From Entomortierella parvispora E1425 (lineage: Eukaryota; Fungi; Mortierellomycota): DNA of 64,000 nt. Below the pieces are notes generated by a model. It worked only from the letters and a program-made list of their open reading frames with translations. It did no database searches and was not told where the DNA came from. Of this stretch, positions 55,024-64,000 are shown one piece after another; position 1 is the stretch's first letter, and every line of letters begins with the position of its first letter. The translations under genes and the position numbers were made by a program. Location of the stretch: the NCBI GenBank assembly GCA_020891255.1, contig LC659289.1, positions 1 through 64,000 on the forward strand, in the 5' to 3' direction.

Positions 55024-56484
55024 TTAATAAGACTTCAGAGGGGGGGTGTTTACCGAAATTAGTAAAGAACTTAATCCAAGATGAAGTGACTCTAATACTA
55101 TGTTAGGGTAAATACCTAAAATGAAAGAAACAATTATTAATGGTAATACAACGAAAAATTCTCTTCTAGTAATATCTGGCATAGTGCTCATATAACGAGA
55201 AGCTTGACCGAACGCAACTCTATTAAATAACCAGATAGAATAAGCTGCAGATAAGAACATACCAGTAGCACCAAGAATAGTAATTATTGGGTTTAGTTGG
55301 AAAGCTCCGGCGTATGACATAAACTCACCAATAAAATTACCAGAGAATGGAGTACCAATATTTGCAAGTGTAGCAAAGAAGAATATTAATGATAATATTG
55401 GCATAGATGTTGCAATACCTCGGTAGTATTTAATAATTCTAGTATGGGATCTTACATATAAGATATCACCTACAATAATAAATAATAAAGGAGAGATAAC
55501 ACCATGGGCTAATCCTAATATAACAGCACCTTCAAGACCTTGAAGATTGTTAGAGAATAATCCTAAAACAACTACTCCCATATGCGAAACTGAACTATAG
55601 GCGATAATAGCTTTAACATCTATTAATCTTAAACAAGTTAAAGAAGCATAAATAATACTTATTACAGCAAGTGTATAGATTAAAGGTGTAAAATATAAGG
55701 TAGCTTCTGGGAAATAAGGGATCATAACTCGTAACGCTAAATAAGTAGCCAATTTAAGGATTACACCTGCCAATAATACTGATCCTCCTATCGGTGCAGC
55801 TACATGTGCAAATCCTAGCCATACATGACCAGGAATTAATGGAGTTTTAACTATAAAAGCTATTAAAAATCCTACAAATAATAATTTTTGAATATCCGTA
55901 CCAAAATCTATAGTAGATAAGATTTGAAAATCTGTAGTTCCTGTTAATATGTAAATAGTAATAATTGATAATAACATAAATAATGATCCTGCTAAAGTAT
56001 ATAAGAATAATAAAAATCCTGCTTTTTCCTTAGTTAATAAATCTCCATAACTTAATATGATTATAAATAAAGGAATTAAGATTGATTCAAAGAATATATA
56101 GAATAATAATAAATCTAAAACTATAAAAGTTGCTATTAATAAACTTTCTAAAATTAAAAAATTTAATAAATAATGTTTAAGACTATTTTTATGATTCCAG
56201 CTTGTCAATATTATAATTGGGAATAAAAACGTAGTTAATAATATAAAAAATAACGAGATACCATCAATCCCTACATTAAAATGACAGAATGAGATTTCAG
56301 TCCATTCTTGAACAAATTGGTATTCATGAGTGTTATTGTCGAATTTAGCCCATATTACCATAGAAACGAAAAAATTTAAAATCATAGATCCTAGTGTGAT
56401 CTGTTTCATTAATGATTCATTTTTGTTTACAAAAAGTAAACTTAAAGCACCTATTAAAGGTATAAAAAATAATGCTGTAAGCAT
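55024..56484 (-). CDS. nad4: NADH dehydrogenase subunit 4
   Basis: GIDGISL, FYIFFESILIP, IIAYSSVSHMG, GNFIGEF. Confidence 0.98.
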   Translation of the reverse strand: MLTALFFIPLIGALSLLFVNKNESLMKQITLGSMILNFFVSMVIWAKFDNNTHEYQFVQEWTEISFCHFNVGIDGISLFFILLTTFLFPIIILTSWNHKNSLKHYLLNFLILESLLIATFIVLDLLLFYIFFESILIPLFIIILSYGDLLTKEKAGFLLFLYTLAGSLFMLLSIITIYILTGTTDFQILSTIDFGTDIQKLLFVGFLIAFIVKTPLIPGHVWLGFAHVAAPIGGSVLLAGVILKLATYLALRVMIPYFPEATLYFTPLIYTLAVISIIYASLTCLRLIDVKAIIAYSSVSHMGVVVLGLFSNNLQGLEGAVILGLAHGVISPLLFIIVGDILYVRSHTRIIKYYRGIATSMPILSLIFFFATLANIGTPFSGNFIGEFMSYAGAFQLNPIITILGATGMFLSAAYSIWLFNRVAFGQASRYMSTMPDITRREFFVVLPLIIVSFILGIYPNIVLESLHLGLSSLLISVNTPPLKSY

Positions 56485-57973
56485 ATTGATTATTATATTT
56501 AACGCCTTTGAGGCGATGTTTAATTTCTAATTTTTATTTAATTTCTTAATAAAGCTCAAACAAGTATCAGGAAACTTTCTAAATCCCTTTAACAAATTGT
56601 AAGAGTTTATGAAATAACTCTCTTTATTCGAGGTATAATCTTTATTATAAAAAAATAATCTATGGACTATTTTAGTTGTCTTAATTATTTTTCCTTTTTT
56701 TTTAAAGAAAGAAAGTTCCAGGAAGAAATTAAATAAAAATAATTTTTTTGCTTGATTTATTATAATTTAACGATATATAGATAAGAATATTTTTAATGAG
56801 AAATATTGGATATTATATTTATATTTGGGAGAGAGTTTATTTATTACTTACGGTAAAGTTTTTTATGGCCTCTTATGTTGTTTAATAATTGATTTGTTTC
56901 ATTAAATAAAATAATAAAGAATACCTATTATAAGAATTACCAAAATTATATTAATCATTTAATAGCATAATTTTTAATATATTATGTTTGTTATTCTTTA
57001 TATAGATTAATTAATATTTTACTTAATTAAAATTACATAATTATATGTTAATAAAATTTAAGAATTTAGTGATTACTCGTTAAATTTATAAGAATAAAGA
57101 GATATTTAACAATAAATTAATAATTTCATATAAAGTATATAAATATTATAATGTTTTATTTAAGACTTAAAAATAATATTTACTGATCTTAAAATAATTA
57201 ATCATTTTTAGCATATTTAAATATAATTGTTTAAGAAATTTCTATAATTATTATTTTTCTAGCTGAAATGAAGGTATTCAATAATGTTATATTATCACTA
57301 TTATAAACATAAATAGTATAATCTTTAACTTTACTTATATTTATTTAAGTTTCTAGGTAATTGTTATACCTTTTACAGATTCATTTATTTTAACATATGT
57401 CTCGATTGAGATAGTTATCTCAAATCTATGATTATTCATACTTTTCATATTTTTATTAATGAATTTTCGTAATTCAAATGAATGTATTTGTTTTAAAAAC
57501 TTTTTTTTATTTTTAGATCTTAAATTCAGGTTCTAAATTATTTAAATTATATTATTTGTATTGTAATATTAATTTTCGTGTCTCTTTCTTAGAAAAATTT
57601 GTATATCTATTATTTCAATAACGGTTAAAGAAAATGCCTTATAATCATGATAAATAAATGCATTACAAAACATAGATTATTTAATTCATTCTAAATAGGG
57701 TTTAAAAATAAGAATTAAAATGTAAACGTAAATGATGTAAGATCTTATATATCTTAAATTTTAATTTAATAGTATTCATAAATATATCTTTATTTTTCTC
57801 TTGAGTATCAGTTAAAATTAATAATCTTTCAATATTAATATTTTTATAAAGATAGTATAATTACTTTTACTAAATTTATTTTCATTCTTATTATTAACTA
57901 AATAATGATGAATTCTTTAAGAAATAGTTTTAAAAATTAAATTTGTTAGAATTATGAATAAGGGGGTGTTAAT

Positions 57974-58039
57974 TTAAGGTAAAATTGACACGTTATTTGA
58001 TATTGGTTTAGATGATGAAATCCAAACTTTCACAGTAAT
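57974..58039 (-). pseudogene. Displaced rps3 3' end with stop and C-rich tail
   Basis: ITVKVWISSSKPISNNVSILP* aligns ungapped to Rps3 ISIKVWLSSSMSNNNQVSNLN; AACACCCCC follows at ~57962-57970. Confidence 0.85.
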
Positions 58040-58163
58040 CTGGAACTTATACTTTAACTCATAAGATATGTAGTATATATTTATACACCCTACTAATATC
58101 TTATTATTTCCTATTATGGAAATCAAGTTAAATTTCTTATTTTTATCTTAAACTTTGCTATTT

Positions 58164-59123
58164 CTATAAAATAACTCTTGACAGAATAAAATTTTCTTTA
58201 AATATTTTATCACTTATACTATAATTTAAAATAGTTTGTATACTACGATTAAAATACTCTGCTGCTTTATTAGCCGAAGGAAAAGTATTAATAAGATTAG
58301 ACTTATCTAAAGTATAAACATATATTGTAGTACCTTTAGCCATACTCATTTTAAGTTTAGATTCTGCTAGATGGTTACGACCATACATCACGTTATTTTC
58401 ACCTTTAAATTTTGCATTTGTTTCCTCCGATCGTTTTTGACCTTTACGACTTTCACTAATTTTAGCTTTGGACTCTTCAGTATGAATAAGACCTAACATT
58501 CCTCGTGGAAGATCTTTAATAGAAACTTTATACATTGGGTTAGCTTCACCTGTCATTTTAATACTTCTAATTAATTTGGATTCTTCAGATTGTTTATGAC
58601 CTAAAGGAGATCCGGCTGTTTTTAATAGGTTATAACTAGGTTTTAAGTTATCTATGTGTTTTTGCTCGATTTCAAGAATAAGTTTACGAGCATCAAATCT
58701 TGAAAGATTTGATACATCTATATATTCAAGTATAGAAACACTAAAATTTGAGTACCCGTGTTGTAAGATTGCATTGTAAATATAACTATTCCCTTTATTT
58801 TTATTAGAAATAATAGATACTTTGTAATAATCTCTCAATCGGTTAGATAAATTAATTGAACTTCCAATATAAAATTTTCCTGTATCCTTATGCTCCCACA
58901 TGTAGACACCACTAAGATTTTTATTCTCCTTTAAAATACGCGATTTCTCAATAAAAGCATTTTCATAAAAGATAACGGGAGTAATATTTACAGATTCATT
59001 ATTTATATTAGTAGAATAAGATCGAATTATTGGGTTTGTTAAATTGTTAACCCCTCCTTTTAAAATAGCTGTATTTCGTACAAGGGGGTGTTCATTATAT
59101 TTGAAGAAAATGAACGGTTTAAA
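58164..59123 (-). CDS. Intact GIY-YIG endonuclease frame (319 codons) overlapping the rps3 3' end in the -1 frame; first ATG (58901) is inside the GIY motif
   Basis: Frame open from 59123 without a stop: ...ITPVIFYENA...SGVYMWEHKDTGKFYIGSS. Confidence 0.85.
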   Translation of the reverse strand, partial: FKPFIFFKYNEHPLVRNTAILKGGVNNLTNPIIRSYSTNINNESVNITPVIFYENAFIEKSRILKENKNLSGVYMWEHKDTGKFYIGSSINLSNRLRDYYKVSIISNKNKGNSYIYNAILQHGYSNFSVSILEYIDVSNLSRFDARKLILEIEQKHIDNLKPSYNLLKTAGSPLGHKQSEESKLIRSIKMTGEANPMYKVSIKDLPRGMLGLIHTEESKAKISESRKGQKRSEETNAKFKGENNVMYGRNHLAESKLKMSMAKGTTIYVYTLDKSNLINTFPSANKAAEYFNRSIQTILNYSISDKIFKENFILSRVIL

Positions 59124-59905
59124 TTAGAAACCTGATTATTGTTTGACATAGACGAAGATAACCAAACTTTGATACTAATAGCTCCATTTTTTCCTTTAAA
59201 AGAAAATTTGTTAGCATCAATTAAGCTATTATTACTGTTAAGAGATAAAGTACCTATAGATTTTCGTACTACTCGTGTTCTAGAAGCTGCTTTTCGATTA
59301 GATAATCGTCCTGATATAACTATTTTAATACCTGATAAATACATCGGATCTAATCTAGTAGAAGAATACTTAATTAAATCTTTAATATTCTCTAGGTTAT
59401 TTCTAATACTACTAGGTTTAACTAATTTTGCTTTTTTAAATAAATTTCGCGTAATCATATTAAATTTTCCTTTTTTTATATTAAAGGCAATATATTGCGC
59501 TAAAATGCAAGAATTTAAATAAGGATAATGAATTCTTACAGGTCTTAATTCAACAGGTTTACCATATAAATTAGATAATTTTAAAATTAAACTAGAAAAT
59601 TTAATAGCTTGTAAACTATTTTGTAAAGATGATATATTTCTTCTTGACTGTTTAGAAGATTTATTTATTTTTGATATTGGTAAATTTAAAAAATAATAAA
59701 AATTAATTACAATTTTATTAGAATCTTTATTAAATTTAGGTTTCGAAATTAAAGCAAATTGAAAATAATGTTTAATAATATTTAAAGCTATTTTATCTGC
59801 TCCATAATAAGTCTGAAGTTCATTTTCAGAGCAGAAATGATATGATGTGTTTGTCCAATTTTGTTTTGTTTTTAATCGTAAACTTATAGGATGTTTACTA
59901 CCCAT
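59060..59905 (-). CDS. rps3: Mitoribosomal protein S3
   Basis: MGSKHPISLRL, IHYPYLNSCILAQYI, GIKIVISGRL, GAISIKVWL. Confidence 0.92.
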   Translation of the reverse strand: MGSKHPISLRLKTKQNWTNTSYHFCSENELQTYYGADKIALNIIKHYFQFALISKPKFNKDSNKIVINFYYFLNLPISKINKSSKQSRRNISSLQNSLQAIKFSSLILKLSNLYGKPVELRPVRIHYPYLNSCILAQYIAFNIKKGKFNMITRNLFKKAKLVKPSSIRNNLENIKDLIKYSSTRLDPMYLSGIKIVISGRLSNRKAASRTRVVRKSIGTLSLNSNNSLIDANKFSFKGKNGAISIKVWLSSSMSNNNQVSNLNRSFSSNIMNTPLYEIQLF

Positions 59906-60093
59906 TTTTTTTATTGTTTTCCCTCTTTAATCCTAATTTAGTCCATGTTAAATATAACTTTCCTAGTTTTTTTTCAAATAAAAAATCTCAGCCTATGATA
60001 GATCAAAGCTTTGATTATCCGGACCAATATAGTTAAATAAAACTATAAAATCAGACTAGGACGAGTGGCGATTACGCCTCCCTTGATATTTAT

Positions 60094-60164
60094 TGCCAGA
60101 TGTCTGAGTCGAACAAACAAAGTATGATTACAAATCACAAATTTTACCAGTTAAATTAATCTGA
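60094..60164 (-). tRNA. trnT: tRNA-Thr(UGU)
   Basis: Loop TTTGTAA; acceptor GTCAGAT/ATCTGGC. Confidence 0.9.
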
Positions 60165-60560
60165 CTTTATATTTGTATGTGAATTATAGCCACGAGTCGA
60201 CATCGAATAAGCATTTAAAGGGTAGGCTTTAATAAAAAATTGATTAATGATTTATTCTTCTCCTAGTTTCCCTCCTATAAGGGGATCATTAATTAATATA
60301 AAATAATGGTTTAATTACGCTAACTTAATCAAGGTTTTTTACCTTTTTAAACTATTTATTCATTATTGTTTGAAGAGTCCTTATCAGTATTTATTGAGAA
60401 ATCCTCATAAAAAGATAAATGATAATTATTTTTAAACAATTTACTAGTTTTTGCATTTCTAAGTATAGTTGTATGAGAGCAGTTAAAAAATTCTACTGCT
60501 TTATTTATGAAATAGAATGTATTTATAAGTGAATCTTTAGAATTAAAAACAAATATTTAT

Positions 60561-60620
60561 TGTCAAACGTCTGAATCGAACAGACAAGATATAATTACAA
60601 ATCATGTATTTTACCATAAA
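60561..60620 (-). pseudogene. Decayed trnT copy lacking the 5' acceptor strand
   Basis: TGGTAAAAT..ATGATTTGTAA...TCTGTTCGATTCAGAC. Confidence 0.75.
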
Positions 60621-60759
60621 GCGTGTCAAATAAATAAGTACAATATTATAATTAATATTAATTTGGAAACAAAATATACGTATAAGTTCAATGAAAAGTT
60701 CATTAATATTATTCAATTCAAATTTACCTTGTCAATCAGTAATTACTTATAATAACACG

Positions 60760-61569
60760 GAAACAGATAAAAACAGATTTTATTAGAAAATAGAAAAAAG
60801 TGGTATTTATTTATGGATCCTTAAAGATTCAGGAAAAATGTATGTCGGTTCGGCAGTAGATTTGTCTCTAAAATTAAAAGATTATTATTCTCCTTTAAAT
60901 TTAATAAGAAGAGATACTTATATTTTTAGAGCCATAATATCTCACGGTCATTCTGCATTTTCTTTGTCTATCCTTGAGTACATAGATATAACAAATTTAT
61001 CTAAGGAAAAAATAAAAGCTTTGATTTTCTCTAAAGAGCAGTATTATTTTGATTTATACTTACCTGAATATAATACTCAAAAAATAGCAAGAAGTTCTTT
61101 GGGGCAAAAACGTTCAGAAGCCACTAAAGCCTTAATTAGTAAAATTAAATCTGGTTTAACTCATACCCCTAAAACTAGATTAAAAATTAATGAGACTCTT
61201 AAGGGTAAAAATTTAAGTAAAACCCTTAATACTGAAACAAGAACTAAAATGGCTTTAGCAAAAATAGGTAATAAAAACCCTAATTTTGGTAAGGTTCATA
61301 CAGCTGAATCTAGAGCAAAAATGGGAGTTCGAGAAATTCCAATCTTTGTGTATTTGCTAGATGGTACGCTTGAAAATAATTTTACTTCTGTTACTGAAGC
61401 TGGAAAATTCTTTAAAGCTCAAAATAAAACAATATTAAAATATGTTAAAAGTGGTGAAATATTTAGAGAAAAATATCTTCATCTAAAAAATAGTCGGACC
61501 AACAATAATGATAGGGGAAATATATTATTATTACAAGTTATAAATGTCGTTAAATTTGTTAATCAATAA
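60760..61569 (+). pseudogene. GIY-YIG endonuclease with a frameshift in an A6 run just before the GIY motif (ORF 60838-61569)
   Basis: SGIYLW...MYVGSAVDL, KEQYYFD, NPNFGK. Confidence 0.75.
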
Positions 61570-61631
61570 ATTTAACACCCCCCTCTTTTTATTTTTTTGC
61601 AATATCAATAAGATTAATAATAATAATAATA

Positions 61632-61702
61632 GACTCTAGGGTCAGATGGTACGACGCTATTCCTTCACAATAGAATTACCGGTTCGATTCCGGTTAGAGT
61701 TA
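61632..61702 (+). tRNA. trnE: tRNA-Glu(UUC) with C at position 33
   Basis: CTATT-CCTTCAC-AATAG; T arm ACCGG/CCGGT. Confidence 0.85.
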
Positions 61703-62304
61703 ATAATAAATAAGCTTCTCTGAAGTTTATCTTCAGAATTAATAGAAATATTATAAGAGAGTCTAATCTAAAAATGAATAAACCTTACAATAAACTAAAA
61801 TTAAAAGAATAATTGCTTTTCACACTTACCTATATTAGAAAAATGAATGTTCAAAGTTTATAATAAGAACATATATTTAGTTATAATAATATAATATTAA
61901 TAAATATATTTACTTTTGTTAATAATATTAGATAATTCTTAAATTATTTTTATAATACTATTTTATGTCATTATTTATCTTATATCAAAAATTATAAAAT
62001 AATTAAAAAAGACTGGATTTATAATAATTTTTAATAAAGGAGAATTTATTTGTAGGAGTTTAATATTCTTTGGGACGGTCTTCTTTTGAAGATTTATAAT
62101 TTATATTAATTATATCTTTATTTATATCTTTATTTATATTTTCAATTTTTAGTATTGTGAAAGGTTTGTCTATAAGTAAACACTTTCTAAGCCCTTTCTC
62201 ATTATATTATAAATAAACTTTTTATATTCTCAATCTTATTAAAATTCTTTAAATTAAAACAATAATAAGACTTGTTGTTCAAGTCTTATTATCAAAGACA
62301 ATGA

Positions 62305-62376
62305 GGGAATGTTACTTAACGGGTAAAGTGGTAAGCTTTTAACTTATTTATCAGAGTTCGAGTCTCTGCGTTCTCA
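62305..62376 (+). tRNA. trnK: tRNA-Lys(UUU)
   Basis: GTAAG-CTTTTAA-CTTAT. Confidence 0.9.
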
Positions 62377-62573
62377 TTCAACTATAAACTATTAACTATA
62401 AATAATATAGAACCTGGATAAGTCTATAGGTATATTCTGTTTCTTTATTTGTTTATAATCATAAATTATACAAAAAATTATGATCACTGAGAACAACGGT
62501 CATTAATTTCAATTATAATTATCAGTAATTACATAATCTATTTATCAGGATCATTTATATTAAGATTAATTTA

Positions 62574-62658
62574 TATCAAGGTTCAGGTATCTTATCAAGG
62601 TTCAAGTCTCTATATATCAAGGTTCAAGTCTCTATATATCAAGGTTTAAGTCTCTATA
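62574..62658 (+). repeat. Tandem repeat, about 4 x 22 bp (TATCAAGGTTCAAGTCTCTATA)
   Basis: Units start at 62574, 62593, 62615, 62637. Confidence 0.85.
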
Positions 62659-62899
62659 AATCTTAAAGCTTTTTATATAATAAACAATATTCAAACTTTT
62701 CTAGAGGGAAAATAAGTATATTAATTCTTTCTTTTTCTTAAATTTCATTTCTAAAGAGAGGGGGGGCTTTAAAATGATCCTTTTAAACTTATCAAAATAT
62801 ATTATAAATAGAGGATTTTCTTTAAAGTTTAAAATCTATTATTAATTTTTTCTTTTTTTCACAATTTCGGAGAAATAAATGATGTTTTAACATCGGTTG

Positions 62900-63810
62900 T
62901 TCCCATTTTAATTAATTCTAATGGGGAAACGGATAAATCCAAAATTTTATCTGAAAATAAAGGTAAAACAAGAATTTATTTATGACTCATAAAGAATCTA
63001 ATAAAAATATATTGGTAGTGTAGTAGATCTATCTAGACGATTAAAAGATTATCATTTCTCTTATTATTTAAAACGAACTAATAACATTATTAATAGAGTT
63101 ATTATATCTCACACTCATTCTGCATTTAATCTTACTATTTTTGAATATTTTAATATATCTAATCTATCTTAAGAAAATTCACGTAAATTGATTCTTGAAC
63201 GAGAACAATATTATATTGACATATTTTTACTTGAGTACAATATATTAAAATTAACTGGAAGTCCTTTAGGATATGTTCATTCTGCAGAAACTCTTGTAAA
63301 AATGAGTGAAATTCAGAAAAGTATAGATAAAACAAGTGAGAATAATCCAATGTTTAGTAGAATTGGAGAATTAAATCCAATGTTTGGAAAATCGCATACT
63401 TCTGAAACTAAAGAAGTATTAAGCAAAGCAAATAAAAAAAATTAATTTAAGAAATAACTAAACAGAAAATGAATAAAGCCTTGTCCGATGAAAATAATCC
63501 CATGTTTGGAAGAAACCATTCTGAAAAATCTATAGCTTTAATGAATAAAGCTATGATAGGGGATAATTATTCTATGTTTGGAAAATCTTATTCAACAGAT
63601 ACTTTAAATAAATTAAGTTAGGCAAATGGTACAACTATTTATGTTTATTTTTTAGATAAAACTACTCTTGTAAATACTTTTCCTTTAGCTTTTAAAGCAA
63701 GAAAAATTTTAATGTAATTCATTCAACTATTATGAAGTATGTTAGAAAAGACATAATATTTAAAAAACAGTGGATTTTATATACTGAAAATTTGCCTAAA
63801 AATTAACTTA
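62900..63810 (+). pseudogene. Degenerate GIY-YIG of the ORF283 family
   Basis: [27 protein letters not shown], repeated NPMFG. Confidence 0.8.
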
Positions 63811-64000
63811 AGAAAAAGGAATAGAAGGAACTATTCAATATAGTAACCTCGTATTTTTACACCCAACTTTTTATCAAGTTATTTTGTAGAATTTAATTTA
63901 GGGCACAATTGTTTATTTATAAATAATAGTATTGATATGTAATAATAAGTAAAAAATTTAAGTTATAACCTTATTTGTACAAATCTTTCTTAAATAAATA

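Noticed and set aside
36160-59522. ORFs 36160-, 46343-, 53396+, 56330+, 59139+ (and 18325+)
   Set aside because: Antisense or alternative-frame shadows of nad5, nad1, cox3, nad4, rps3 and the cox1 intron ORF

Overview
AT-rich fungal mitochondrial genome segment, most consistent with an early-diverging 'zygomycete' such as Mortierellaceae (inference from rps3, a bacterial-like rnpB, a lysidine-type tRNA-Ile(CAU), and a single Trp tRNA with CCA anticodon, i.e. standard code with TGA as stop). It contains rnl, rns, rnpB, 24 tRNAs, atp6/8/9, cob, cox1 (4 group I introns), cox2 (1 intron), cox3, nad1/2/3/4/4L/5 and rps3; nad6 and trnN were not found in the window. The spacers are filled with about 20 intact or decayed free-standing homing endonuclease genes (HEGs, GIY-YIG and LAGLIDADG) flanked by duplicated 5' or 3' pieces of host genes. 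Main observations: (1) a GIY-YIG gene with no ATG ahead of its catalytic motif, whose frame opens exactly at a U_UUA_AAC -1 slippery heptamer placed at the native C-terminus of rps3; (2) a LAGLIDADG gene lying between two versions of SSU rRNA helix 45 that differ only by compensatory changes; (3) the C-rich 3'-end motif lying before the stop codon in six genes, five of them in the same frame (Asn-Ser/Thr-Pro); (4) synonymously recoded gene ends; (5) HEGs and an orphan membrane ORF placed behind copies of host promoter/start regions. All coordinates were counted by hand; rRNA, rnpB and pseudogene boundaries are approximate.
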